Source: a virus
Reading direction: 5' to 3' (one strand)
Length of the DNA stretch: 64,000 nt
IMG/VR virus record: IMGVR_UViG_3300008740_000003
Location: 1 to 64,000 of that record
Shown: positions 1 to 10,303 of the stretch, one piece after another
Layout of the letters: every line of letters begins with the position of its first letter
Position numbering within the stretch: the stretch's first letter is position 1
Made by a program: the position numbers and the translations under genes
The notes under the pieces: model-generated
The model's database searches: none
What the model saw: the letters and a program-made list of their open reading frames with translations, nothing else
What the model was told of the DNA's origin: nothing

Positions 1-195
1 TTTATCAAAGATATTCAAAAATTAGAACGAACAGTAGATGCATTATTAAATGAAAGACTAGATGAATTAATAATGTTAAGACAAACTAAAAGACAAATTT
101 ACCAAGAACGTGCTGATCTAAAACTACAACAAGCAATTAATTCCTTAAAATATTTCAGTAAAATAGAGCTTTTGGCTTCCCTCTCAAAAGGATAA
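1..195 (+). CDS. Partial hypothetical protein (C-terminal end, helical)
   Basis: Frame 1 is open from the window start (FIKDIQKLERTVDALL...LLASLSKG) to TAA at 193-195; not in the ORF track. Confidence 0.6.
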   Translation, partial: FIKDIQKLERTVDALLNERLDELIMLRQTKRQIYQERADLKLQQAINSLKYFSKIELLASLSKG

Positions 196-198
196 ATA
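192..198 (+). promoter_or_regulatory. T4-type late promoter (ATAAATA)
   Basis: gATAAATAc upstream of ORF 276. The same motif recurs before genes at 771, 3326, 6140, 13076, 18269, 24072, 24467, 27899, 32887, 48879, 50676, 53970, 54695, 56677 and 59873. It matches the gp55-recognised TATAAATA box. Confidence 0.7.
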
Positions 199-275
199 CA
201 ATTGAACTAGACATCTTGTCTAGTCTTATGCAGACACAACTGCGTATAACATAGAACGTTAAAGGGAGAAAAAAA

Positions 276-710
276 ATGGGAAGACCAATCAAAAGTGCTG
301 AAACAGTTTCAGGCACAACAAAACTAGCAAGTGTTAACACAGCATTGCCAATCGGTTCAAGTGGACTTGCCGGCAATCAAATGATCTTTAAAGCATTTGT
401 TACAGGCGGTAGTGCAAAAGACACTACTAACATAATCCAAAAAGGTAATAAAAAGTTTCGTGTAACAACTTCAGACGGAACAGAAACGTGTGTACTTACA
501 GCAGTAGTACATGGTTCACTAGCGGCAAAACAAGTACAAGTAACTGGTACGGACAGTGCAGGTGGAACATACTTTGCAAGTAAACTCACAGGACGTCACT
601 TCATAGTTGGCGCTCTTGGAACAGGATCACAATTTGCAGTAGGAGACAAACCTCTTCTTGTTGCATCAGGTCCAACTATCAACGTAAGTGTTTCAATACC
701 TAACGGTTAA
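276..710 (+). CDS. Hypothetical virion protein (MGRP N-terminus, paralogue of 797..1174)
   Basis: 144-aa ORF with SD GGGAG, own late promoter and terminator; rich in small residues. Confidence 0.65.
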   Translation: MGRPIKSAETVSGTTKLASVNTALPIGSSGLAGNQMIFKAFVTGGSAKDTTNIIQKGNKKFRVTTSDGTETCVLTAVVHGSLAAKQVQVTGTDSAGGTYFASKLTGRHFIVGALGTGSQFAVGDKPLLVASGPTINVSVSIPNG

Positions 711-737
711 TAATATAAACTAGTAACGCATTAAATT

Positions 738-768
738 AAAAGGGGAAGTTTTCACGCTTCCCCTTTTT
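738..768 (+). terminator. Rho-independent terminator
   Basis: aaaaggggaag-ttttcacg-cttccccttttt hairpin ending in a T run, after ORF 276..710. Confidence 0.8.
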
Positions 769-796
769 GCATAAATAAGTATAATATAATAAGAAT

Positions 797-1174
797 ATGG
801 GTAGACCAGTTAATAAGAAGCATTTTGGGATCGTTAGTGGTTCAGACAACAATTTTGTTGTTACTGTGAAAGTGGGTACAAACGCAGTTTCGGCAGTTGG
901 AATCATTAAAAGACAGCGTGGATCTAATAAATTTATGGTAGATGATGCTAATGATGATTCCGGAAATGAAGGAGTATGTAGGTTAGTTGATAAAGACATT
1001 AATAATTTAAATGATAATGAAATGTCTTTAACAGGTTACATAGGCGGAGCTGGTGACGGAGTTAGACTTAGAAAAGTGTTTAATAGAACCGCAATTGACT
1101 TTTCTGGAGTCCGTTATAAGTGGTCAGTTACAGATGACTCAACTTCTAGCCAAATGGTTTTAACTGCGGTATAA
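797..1174 (+). CDS. Hypothetical virion protein (MGRP N-terminus)
   Basis: 125-aa ORF preceded by ATAAATA at 771; shares the MGRP start and general spacing with ORF 276. Confidence 0.65.
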   Translation: MGRPVNKKHFGIVSGSDNNFVVTVKVGTNAVSAVGIIKRQRGSNKFMVDDANDDSGNEGVCRLVDKDINNLNDNEMSLTGYIGGAGDGVRLRKVFNRTAIDFSGVRYKWSVTDDSTSSQMVLTAV

Positions 1175-1184
1175 GGATTTATAA

Positions 1185-2168
1185 ATGTCAAGATTTGTTA
1201 CAGTACCAAGTGGTGATTATAAAGTAAAAGTCCAATCTGGTGGAGAGATAAAACTAGACACTGGAGTTGGTGTAGGTAATACTAGAGTAACAGGAAATTT
1301 AATCGTTGAAGGAACTCAAACTCAAGTAACATCAAATGAACTAACTGTTAAAGATAATATTATAGAAGTTAATAGTGGTGAAAATGGTGTAGGTGTAACA
1401 CTTAATCAAGCTGGAATCAGAGTAGACAGAGGAAGTTTAGTTGACGTTCAAATGTTATTTGACGAACAACTTCAATGGAATGATCCAGATTCTCAAACAA
1501 CTAGAAGCGGTGCCTTTACATTTGTAGATGTAAATGGTGCATTATTAGGTTTAAGAACTAATAGTATTAGTACTGGTGGAGCACTTTATTTCCAACCAGG
1601 AGGTTCTGGTTCTTTAAGAATAATAAAATCAACTTATGAAACTTACGTAACAGACGATAATGATATTCCAAATAAAAAATATGTTGATACAGAGATTGTA
1701 AATCAAATTAATTCATTAGCACCTGTGTTTATTGGACATAGTGATACAGAAGTAAGAGTAGCAGATTCTACAGGTGGAGCAAATCCAGTTAGTCAAATTA
1801 CAATGTCAGTAGATGGTGTAGTAAAAGCTAAAATGAATGGTAATTCATTTGAAATGTATAATACTACTGTTGATATTGGTCAAATTAGAATAGAAGATAA
1901 TATCATATCAAATACTGTAAGTAATGGTGATTTAAAACTAGAAGCACCTGGTACAGGAGCAGTAAAAGTTACTGATTCCTTTGTAATTAAGCAAACACCA
2001 GGCACTTTAGACCCTGCTACAGACCCAGCAGTTGATACAGACGGCGTTAAACTATATTCAAAAGTTCCAGCAGGAGGCGATACTGGGCTTTATTATGTAA
2101 ATACAAATGATGCTTATGGAGAAATGATCAGTAAAAATAGATCAATGGTCCTAAGTATGGTGTTATAA
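1185..2168 (+). CDS. Virion structural / fibre-like protein
   Basis: VTGNLIVEGT...VKDNIIEVNSG and ISNTVSNGDLKLEAPGTG beta-repeat motifs typical of phage fibres; PNKKYVD motif. Confidence 0.65.
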   Translation: MSRFVTVPSGDYKVKVQSGGEIKLDTGVGVGNTRVTGNLIVEGTQTQVTSNELTVKDNIIEVNSGENGVGVTLNQAGIRVDRGSLVDVQMLFDEQLQWNDPDSQTTRSGAFTFVDVNGALLGLRTNSISTGGALYFQPGGSGSLRIIKSTYETYVTDDNDIPNKKYVDTEIVNQINSLAPVFIGHSDTEVRVADSTGGANPVSQITMSVDGVVKAKMNGNSFEMYNTTVDIGQIRIEDNIISNTVSNGDLKLEAPGTGAVKVTDSFVIKQTPGTLDPATDPAVDTDGVKLYSKVPAGGDTGLYYVNTNDAYGEMISKNRSMVLSMVL

Positions 2169-2177
2169 GGATAAAAA

Positions 2178-2513
2178 ATGGCTATTACAAACCACGAAAT
2201 TACAACAGGACAAACAGTAGATGTGTTACTTACACCAGCAGGTAAAAATTATGCAGTAACAGGTTTATTATTGTGTAATACTGCGGCCCAAGATCCAACA
2301 GGAGCAAATGATAGTACATTTACAATATATGCTGTAGCAAATGGTGAAACACCAGGTAATAAAAATATTATAGTCAACACGGCAACACTTCCAGGTGCTG
2401 AAACCTTCACGTTAGACACTGAAAAATTAATTTTAGCCGCAGGCGATAAAGTTAGAATTTCAATAGGTGGTGCATCTAATGTTGCTTCGGTTGTAAGCTA
2501 TCTGGAGGTATAA
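2178..2513 (+). CDS. Small beta-sandwich structural adaptor (family with 9973 and 24110)
   Basis: 111 aa; pattern shared with ORFs 9973 and 24110 (..P....AV..L..CN...EKLIL..G...V....SYLE). Confidence 0.65.
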   Translation: MAITNHEITTGQTVDVLLTPAGKNYAVTGLLLCNTAAQDPTGANDSTFTIYAVANGETPGNKNIIVNTATLPGAETFTLDTEKLILAAGDKVRISIGGASNVASVVSYLEV

Positions 2514-3307
2514 TGAAATTTCTAAAAAGACACTCTTCAAACAAAAGAATGCTTACTGGTAAAGGAGTAATCTACGATCAATATGAAAATATTAATATTG
2601 AATCTGTAGGTTCTATGCAAGTTCCTAAAGGAACAACTGCACAAAGACCCGGTTTACCTGTAGTTGGTCAACTCAGATATAACACAACAACTAAAAACTT
2701 TGAAGTTTATGAAGACGTATCCGGTGGTGGTACTATGTGGAAATCATTTAGATTAAGTGAACCATTTGCCGTAACTGTTCAATCATTAGGAAATGGAAAT
2801 GATACAGAAATAAACTTTGGTGTATTAGATTCAAATGATGGTGGTATGAAACAAGAACCATCTACACCTCAAGCAGTATTAGTAATGGTTGAAAACGTTT
2901 TACAAATTCCAACAACAAATTATACACTTATACAAAATCCTTGTTCTATTAATAGTACGCAAGTAGCTGTAGTACAAAATTATAATGCTTCTGGTGTTGG
3001 AGCATTTGAAAGTAAAGATTTAGCTTTTGTTGATTGGGTAGATAAAGGCTATCACGTAGGTCAACAATTTGTAGTAACAGGATCAGCTAATAACAATGGA
3101 ACTTATACAGTTACAGCAGTTACACAAACATATCTAAGTGCTAATCAATTACTTGTTAACGAAACTAACGTAGGAAATGCTCAAATTTTTGTAGATGGAA
3201 AAAGTTCAATAACATCTAATTCATATCCTGCAGGATATTATCTTGCATTTGGTACGCCTGTACCTACTGGAAAACCAGTAACAGTTATTCATAATTTAGA
3301 CAAATAA
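2513..3307 (+). CDS. Virion structural protein
   Basis: PKGTTAQRP...GQLRYNT trimeric fibre-connector motif; TAATG overlap with the upstream gene. Confidence 0.65.
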   Translation: MKFLKRHSSNKRMLTGKGVIYDQYENINIESVGSMQVPKGTTAQRPGLPVVGQLRYNTTTKNFEVYEDVSGGGTMWKSFRLSEPFAVTVQSLGNGNDTEINFGVLDSNDGGMKQEPSTPQAVLVMVENVLQIPTTNYTLIQNPCSINSTQVAVVQNYNASGVGAFESKDLAFVDWVDKGYHVGQQFVVTGSANNNGTYTVTAVTQTYLSANQLLVNETNVGNAQIFVDGKSSITSNSYPAGYYLAFGTPVPTGKPVTVIHNLDK

Positions 3308-3347
3308 ATTATTCCCCAAAATACCATAAATACGTAAAAGGAGTACT

Positions 3348-6098
3348 ATGCCAACAGGTACAGCAAATTTAGGTAGAATATCAGGACCATTACTTAAAGA
3401 AAATCTGACAAGAACTAGTGATTTAGCTTTTGAAACAGATTTGCTTTATATTGGGCATACTAATAATAAAATAGGTATTAGAACAGATGCTCCTTCTAAA
3501 GAATTAACTGTAACAGGAACAACAAAAATCCCTTCAGAATTAACTGTAACAACTGGTGCTCATATTGGAAATATGCTATGGGACCAAGATGGTATTAGAT
3601 CTTTAGTAGGTCCTATAACAATATCTACTGGAGCAGGCGGAGCCTTAACTTATAAAGAATTAAGAACAGAACATCTTTACTTCACAAATAGTACTATAGG
3701 TGCTTATAATACAAATTCAAACATTGACATTTATCCAGGTCCTGGTACTGGAAAATTTATAATTCCTAGTGATTTAAAATCTTACGGAAATATTCATTCC
3801 ACAGCAGATATTACATTCGATGGTAGTGTTTTTATAGGTGGAGATTCAGATGAAGACACTATTAAATTTGAAGGTGACATAACTTCAAACTTAATGCCAG
3901 ATCAATCAGTAACATACGACGTAGGTGCAAATGCGAAAAGATGGGGATACTTCCACGTAAAAAGTATGCCTGATTTGAATAATATTACTATTGATAATTT
4001 TATAAGTTTAAATGGAGTTGCTGTTAACTTAGGTATAACAAATAAATGGTATGTAACTACAGATGGTACTAATGCATTATCAGGTACTCACCCTAACTTT
4101 GCATTTGGAACTATTAAACATACTTTAAGTACTATTGAAGAAAGTACAGCTGGACCACATGAAGTTCACGTTTTTCCAGGAACATATGAAGAAATTTTTC
4201 CATTAGAAATTCCTGAAAATACTACTATCAAAGGTGTAGGTCAAGGAGCTGTTATTATAAAACCAACAGCTGGAACACAAAGTCAATTTGCATTTTTATT
4301 AAACGATAGTTGTTCTATACAAAATGTTACTATCACTGGAAGTTTAGGTGGTTTTAAATTTGCCAATAATGCAACTATTGTAAACAAATCGCCTTATCTA
4401 GCAGATATTAAATTAAAATTAGAAGATAGTACTGCTTACGGTTTTTCACTTAACGGAAATGTTACCGATACAAACAGTGAAGATAGTATAATACTTAAAA
4501 ATGTATCTATAAAATTAAATGATTCTAATTCAGTAGGAATTTATACTACTGGTACTGGCGTAAAATTAGAAGCAATAGAATGTATTATAGAAGGACCAGC
4601 TGATAAAGGAGTTTCTAATACAGGTGGAGAAATAAAAATACAAGGATCTATTTTCCGTAATTTAACTACAGCAATTAATGGAAATGGAGTTTCTGTAACT
4701 AATGCAATAGGTTGTGCATTTGATAAAGTAACTCAAAATGTAGTTGAAATTAATAATGCTAAAGTTTATACAAATTCATTTGATGAAAAAAATAATTTTG
4801 AAGTAGGTGATTTAACAGGAACAAATTATCACTTTGGAATTAGTGATAAACAATTTGATTTAAAATCTAATTCTATAACTTTAACAGATTCACAAATTAA
4901 TTTTATAGGTGGTGAACATACACATATTGACGGTAATGAATTAACTGTAGGTGATTATACTATAACTGATAGTACATTAAAATCTCATACAGGTGATATT
5001 AATGTTAAATCTACTGGAACAATTAATTTTAATACTGATACTAAAATTTTAAACAATAACAGTATAACAATATCAGGTGATGGAACTATAGCAGGTTCAT
5101 TAATTAATCTTGGTGATCAACCTACAGACGTTGTAGACTTTAATATGGATATGACACAAGATTTATTACCATCTGACAATACAATACGAAATTTAGGTTC
5201 CGCAAGTAAGCAATGGTATAAATCTACTTTTTCTACTGTAGATTTTGGTAACCTTGTAGTTCATAATAATACTATGAGAACAACAGAATCTAATGCTGAC
5301 TTAGAATTAAAAGGCAGTGGAACTGGTAATGTTGTTGCTGAAGAATTAACATTCGGTACTGGAATTTCTTCTGCAAATGATATAGTTTTTGATGCAGGAG
5401 CATCTACACTTACAATTAATAGTACAACAGCATTAAACATTCCTGTAGGAACAACTGCACAAAGTCCTACACAAGATAGAGGAATAAGATTTGACACTAC
5501 TAGTACATTATTTGAAGGATTTCATAGTGGAGCAATTCCTTTAGGTGGTGTAATAGATGCTGATTTAGATACTAAAATAGATTTAACAAGTAATCAATTT
5601 ACATTTAATATTGCTGGTTCTAGTGTGGGTACTTTAAATGCAACAGCACTAACACTTGATAGATTTGGAAGTCAAGATCAGGTTAATATAGACGGTAATA
5701 CTATAACTGTACCAGACGATGCCACAAATGCTCAAGCAGGTTTAGAAGCTAATGGTACTGGTAAAGTAATATTAGACACATCTAATTTTACTATATCTGG
5801 GGGTGAACTTCTTAATAGTGAAAGTGAAAGCGACACAGTTTTTACAGGTACAGGTTTAAAAGTAGATAGATTTATTAAAATAGATGCTCCTGCTATAAAA
5901 CTTCCATCAGGTTCTTCAGCAGATCAACAAACAAAAGCCAACTTAAAACAGGGCGAATTGTTCTGGAATACCGATGTTGCTATACTTCAAGTATGGACTG
6001 GAACTGAATGGAAATCTGCTACAGGACAAGCAGAAACAAGTATAACTATTGAAGATTTGGAAGCCATTAACTTAACATATAACTTAATAATTAATTAA
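3348..6098 (+). CDS. Fibre/spike protein with pectin-lyase-like beta-helix domain (paralogue of 6254)
   Basis: GRISGPLLKENL...LAFETDLLYI N-terminus shared with 6254; WYVTTDG...FGTIKHT...VFPGTYEE beta-helix entry motif; YDVGANAKRW repeats. Confidence 0.7.
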   Translation: MPTGTANLGRISGPLLKENLTRTSDLAFETDLLYIGHTNNKIGIRTDAPSKELTVTGTTKIPSELTVTTGAHIGNMLWDQDGIRSLVGPITISTGAGGALTYKELRTEHLYFTNSTIGAYNTNSNIDIYPGPGTGKFIIPSDLKSYGNIHSTADITFDGSVFIGGDSDEDTIKFEGDITSNLMPDQSVTYDVGANAKRWGYFHVKSMPDLNNITIDNFISLNGVAVNLGITNKWYVTTDGTNALSGTHPNFAFGTIKHTLSTIEESTAGPHEVHVFPGTYEEIFPLEIPENTTIKGVGQGAVIIKPTAGTQSQFAFLLNDSCSIQNVTITGSLGGFKFANNATIVNKSPYLADIKLKLEDSTAYGFSLNGNVTDTNSEDSIILKNVSIKLNDSNSVGIYTTGTGVKLEAIECIIEGPADKGVSNTGGEIKIQGSIFRNLTTAINGNGVSVTNAIGCAFDKVTQNVVEINNAKVYTNSFDEKNNFEVGDLTGTNYHFGISDKQFDLKSNSITLTDSQINFIGGEHTHIDGNELTVGDYTITDSTLKSHTGDINVKSTGTINFNTDTKILNNNSITISGDGTIAGSLINLGDQPTDVVDFNMDMTQDLLPSDNTIRNLGSASKQWYKSTFSTVDFGNLVVHNNTMRTTESNADLELKGSGTGNVVAEELTFGTGISSANDIVFDAGASTLTINSTTALNIPVGTTAQSPTQDRGIRFDTTSTLFEGFHSGAIPLGGVIDADLDTKIDLTSNQFTFNIAGSSVGTLNATALTLDRFGSQDQVNIDGNTITVPDDATNAQAGLEANGTGKVILDTSNFTISGGELLNSESESDTVFTGTGLKVDRFIKIDAPAIKLPSGSSADQQTKANLKQGELFWNTDVAILQVWTGTEWKSATGQAETSITIEDLEAINLTYNLIIN

Positions 6099-6138
6099 GC
6101 TATTATTCTAGCATACTACAACATAAATCCAAAACCAG

Positions 6139-6146
6139 TATAAATA
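6139..6146 (+). promoter_or_regulatory. T4-type late promoter TATAAATA (exact match)
   Basis: Exact consensus about 110 nt upstream of ORF 6254. Confidence 0.75.
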
Positions 6147-6253
6147 CTAATAATGTTTAAATCAGACCTTGTTTTAGACAGGACAAACTGTGGTTCAACC
6201 CGCAAGGTAATGTGGTTGGTGGGACAAGATCCCCGTGCTAAAGGAGATAGAGA

Positions 6254-9200
6254 ATGGCCGTAGGTCGAATTTCAGGACAGCTCTTAAAGTCCAACTTACT
6301 TCGTAATGGAGTAAACCTGGCCTTCGAGACTGATCTTTTATACATTGATGTTAATAATTCTCGAATAGGAGTTAACACTGCTAGTCCCCAATATCCATTA
6401 GACATTAATGGAACAGCACGTACAACAAATTTAGAAGTCACAACTCAAGCAGTTATAAACAATATTACAATTGGTGCTAATTCAATTAGTACAACTGCAT
6501 CTTCTCTTAATATTACTTCACCTGATGGAATTTTATACAATAATAAACTATTAATTGATGATATGGAAATTAGTGGAAACACTATTAAAGCCATGGATTC
6601 TAATCAAAATTTTGAAATTATAACTAGTGGTACAGGTATTGTAGAAGTATTTGGAGACACTAGAGTTAATGGTAATATTCATGCTACAGGTAATATCAGA
6701 GCAGACGGAAATATTCAGATAGGTGACGCTGATACAGATTCAATTTCAATTGCGGCAGATTTTACAAGTAATATTACTCCAGATGTAACTGACACATATA
6801 ATATGGGTTCCGCGGCAAAAAGATGGAATGACGTATATGCAAATAATTTAATTGTAGACAACCTTACATTGAATGGTAACATTACTGTACAAGGTCTTGA
6901 CTTAACAGCTAGACCAGGAAAAATTTATTATGTTGCAACAAATGGTGATGATGCTAAAACAGGAACTCACCAAAATGATCCTTTTGCAACAGTTTCAAAA
7001 GCATTAACAACTGCATCAGATGGAGATTTAGTTTACATATATCCAGGAACATATAATGAAGTTTTACCTTTAACTATTCCTGCTGGAGTTTCAGTAAGAG
7101 GTGACGGTATTAGAGCAGTTGTTATTAAACCTCATGGAAGTACACCAAATAAAGATGTATTCATTCTTAATGGTGAAACTACTGTTGAAGATTTAACTAT
7201 TGCAGATTTTTATTATAATTCTGGTGCAACAGAAGGACACGCATTTAGATTAGCCACTGGCGCAGATAGTACATATTTCCAACTTACAAGTGATATACCT
7301 TTAATTAAAAATGTTGCTGTAATTACAAAAGGTTCAGTAACTTCTGGTGCAGACCCAAGAGGTTTTGACCAAGGAGATGCAGGTAAAGGAGCATTTCTTG
7401 ATGGACAAGTAGTTGGAGGAATTACTCCAGAAGTTAGAGTTAGATTTCAAAATTGTACATTTATTACACCTGGTATGGATGCAATAACAGTAACAAATGG
7501 TGTAAGAGTAGATTTTATTAATTCATTTACATATTTTGCAAACAAAGGTATTAATGTTACAGATGGATCATATGGTCAAGGTGGTGACGGAAAAACAAGA
7601 GTAAACATAACAGGATTATCAGGATCTTTTCCAGCACCTAGTGAAACTGTAACTTATTATGATAAAGATGGAGCAACAAAATTAGCTGAAGGAACAATTG
7701 AAACTGTAGATGCTGGTAATAATTTAATTGTATTAGATGGCAAAATAGGTGCGTTTTGTTTACCAACAACAAGACCTACTAAAAAAGTTACAGCAACAGG
7801 AACTACAATAGATGGAACAACTAAAAAATATGGAAGTGGAAGTTTCAAACAAACAGCTTCTAGTCATAATTTAAAAGTTGCAGGACATACTGACTTTGGA
7901 TTTGGAACTGGAAATTTCCAAATAGAAGGTTGGTTATATCCAACATCAGTACAAAGTAAAACTTTATTTAAAATAGGAAGTTTAGAAATTGATATTCTTA
8001 ATAATGTTCCTAGAGTTAAATTAGATGGAAATGTAATTGCAACGGAAGCCACAGGTTTTAATATTAGTGTTTGGACTCACTTTGCTGTAGGAAGACAAAA
8101 CAATACGTTAAAAATGTTTATTGGTGGAGTTAACAATAATGCTGTAGATGTTTCAGGTTGGACTGCAGATTTAAAAGATTCAAATGATGTTTATATAGGA
8201 AATAGTAATTCACTTAATAATGCCTTTGAAGGTTTTATGGATGATATTAGAATAATCAAAGGTGATATGACATATTCAGCAAACTTTACACCTGCTTCAG
8301 CAGAAATAACAAATACAAATAATAATAATGGTATTACAGCATTAATGTTAAATGCTAATGACTTTTTAGATAATCCTAAATTAGGTCAAGATATTAGATT
8401 CTCAGGTGGTTCAACAACTAATGAAATTACTTTAGCTGATTATTCAGACTTTGGATCAGATTTTAGAAGTGTATCAAGTGCAAACGTTTATGGAACTTAC
8501 GGTGTTGTTGCAGATGGTATTGGTGCAAATGTAAATTTAGTTAATCATAATTTTAATTACGTAGGTTCAGGAAAAAGTTTTGCAAATGATGTAAATGAAG
8601 TTGTTCAAGCAAATGAAGTTGTTGCTTCAACTAATGCAAAAATAAATTATAATTCAGTTGATCAAAGTGGTGGATTTAGACTTGGTGATCAATTTGCAGT
8701 AAATCAAAATACTGGATTAATAGAATTTAAATCTTCTGAATTAAGAATAGACACAACTTCTCAAATGTCAATTACTAATGGATCTAATACTACTGTTTTA
8801 GATGGTACAAAAGTAGAAACACCTAAATTAAGAATGAGTGGAACTACTATAGAAAGTTTATCAGGAAATCTTGATTTTAATTCAAGTACAAATGTAATTA
8901 ATTTATTAAACAATGTTAATGTTACAGGAAATTTAGATGTAACAGGAAATATAACAATTGGTGGTAACATAACAATTGGTGATGAAGCTACTGATACAGT
9001 TACTATTACAGCTGGAATAGGAAGTGATTTAATTCCTGCAACAGATAATACTTACAATCTAGGTAATGATACTAGTAGATGGAATACATTATTTGCAAAT
9101 GAAATACAAGTAGATAGTATTAATCTTACAAATAATGTAATTAAAACAACTGACAGTAATGCTGATTTAGAATTAATGGCAAATGGGACTGGCGGGATTA

Positions 9201-9964
9201 GATTAGAATCATTTAGATTTAATCAAAATACTATTACTAATGATTCAGGAGATATGACAATTACTCCTGCGACAGGTGTAGCAAGAGTTGACGGTACAGG
9301 AAGTATTAGAATACCAACAGGAACAACTGCTCAAAGACCTGGAAGTCCTGCAAATGGTATGATTCGTTATAATACAGATACAAGTTTATTTGAAGGATAT
9401 GAAGGATCAAATTGGGTAGCATTAACAGGTGTATATGATTTAGATAGAGACACTTATATTACAGCAGAAGCTTCTCCAGGAACAGATGATGATACTATTA
9501 GATTTTATGCTGGTGGAGTTTTGGTAGCAAATGTTAATTCTACTAGATTTGATATAACAAAATTAATAGTAGATGACATAGAAATTAGTGGAAATACCAT
9601 AAAAACTACGGGTGTAAACCAGGATTTAATATTAAATGCTAATGGTAATGGTAGCATTAGAATTGAAGACTTTAAATTCGAAGGAAATACGATAACTAAT
9701 ACTATATCGGCTCCAATCGTACTAAAAACGAGCGGAAACGGTTATGTTGATGTTTCAGATGCTGGTGGATTTGTACTTCCTTCCGGTACTGCAATAGATA
9801 GACCTGCTGTAGGTCAATTGGGTATGACAAGATATAATACTCAAGATAGCAGGGTAGAACTTTATGATGGAAGTAATTGGGGTTCAATTGCAGGTTCATC
9901 AGGAGCGATAAGCGTACTTGATGCAACTGAAATTTCAATAACATACGCAATTGCGTTAGGATAA
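6254..9964 (+). CDS. Large fibre/spike protein with beta-helix and LamG/concanavalin-A-like domains
   Basis: YYVATNGDD...PFATVSKAL...YPGTYNE; FGFGTGNFQIEGW...WTHFAV...GFMDDIRI (LamG); two PxGTxxxRP..GMxRYNT motifs; ends YAIALG; SD AAGGAG. Confidence 0.75.
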   Translation: MAVGRISGQLLKSNLLRNGVNLAFETDLLYIDVNNSRIGVNTASPQYPLDINGTARTTNLEVTTQAVINNITIGANSISTTASSLNITSPDGILYNNKLLIDDMEISGNTIKAMDSNQNFEIITSGTGIVEVFGDTRVNGNIHATGNIRADGNIQIGDADTDSISIAADFTSNITPDVTDTYNMGSAAKRWNDVYANNLIVDNLTLNGNITVQGLDLTARPGKIYYVATNGDDAKTGTHQNDPFATVSKALTTASDGDLVYIYPGTYNEVLPLTIPAGVSVRGDGIRAVVIKPHGSTPNKDVFILNGETTVEDLTIADFYYNSGATEGHAFRLATGADSTYFQLTSDIPLIKNVAVITKGSVTSGADPRGFDQGDAGKGAFLDGQVVGGITPEVRVRFQNCTFITPGMDAITVTNGVRVDFINSFTYFANKGINVTDGSYGQGGDGKTRVNITGLSGSFPAPSETVTYYDKDGATKLAEGTIETVDAGNNLIVLDGKIGAFCLPTTRPTKKVTATGTTIDGTTKKYGSGSFKQTASSHNLKVAGHTDFGFGTGNFQIEGWLYPTSVQSKTLFKIGSLEIDILNNVPRVKLDGNVIATEATGFNISVWTHFAVGRQNNTLKMFIGGVNNNAVDVSGWTADLKDSNDVYIGNSNSLNNAFEGFMDDIRIIKGDMTYSANFTPASAEITNTNNNNGITALMLNANDFLDNPKLGQDIRFSGGSTTNEITLADYSDFGSDFRSVSSANVYGTYGVVADGIGANVNLVNHNFNYVGSGKSFANDVNEVVQANEVVASTNAKINYNSVDQSGGFRLGDQFAVNQNTGLIEFKSSELRIDTTSQMSITNGSNTTVLDGTKVETPKLRMSGTTIESLSGNLDFNSSTNVINLLNNVNVTGNLDVTGNITIGGNITIGDEATDTVTITAGIGSDLIPATDNTYNLGNDTSRWNTLFANEIQVDSINLTNNVIKTTDSNADLELMANGTGGIRLESFRFNQNTITNDSGDMTITPATGVARVDGTGSIRIPTGTTAQRPGSPANGMIRYNTDTSLFEGYEGSNWVALTGVYDLDRDTYITAEASPGTDDDTIRFYAGGVLVANVNSTRFDITKLIVDDIEISGNTIKTTGVNQDLILNANGNGSIRIEDFKFEGNTITNTISAPIVLKTSGNGYVDVSDAGGFVLPSGTAIDRPAVGQLGMTRYNTQDSRVELYDGSNWGSIAGSSGAISVLDATEISITYAIALG

Positions 9965-9972
9965 AAATTTAA

Positions 9973-10302
9973 ATGGCAACATATTTTAAAAATGCAATAA
10001 TAAAAGACGTTGGAACAGTTCCAATAACGGTATATTCACCGCCAATAGGAACGAATACAATTGTTTTAGGACTTAATCTTGCAAACTTAATTGATAGTGT
10101 TGTAAAAGTTACTGTAACGTTACAAGATACAACTAGTGTTTCAGGTTATATTGTTAAAGATGTAATGATTGCGCCAAATTCTAGTTTAAGAATTTTAAGT
10201 GCAGGTGAAAAATTAATTGTTGCCTCACAAAGTACACTACAAGTGAATGCAGATATTGCCGATTCAATAGATGTTGTAATGAGTTACGTGGAGTTAACAT
10301 AA
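9973..10302 (+). CDS. Small beta-sandwich structural adaptor
   Basis: 109 aa; paralogue of 2178 and 24110; follows the gene ending AIALG. Confidence 0.65.
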   Translation: MATYFKNAIIKDVGTVPITVYSPPIGTNTIVLGLNLANLIDSVVKVTVTLQDTTSVSGYIVKDVMIAPNSSLRILSAGEKLIVASQSTLQVNADIADSIDVVMSYVELT

Positions 10303-10303
10303 G

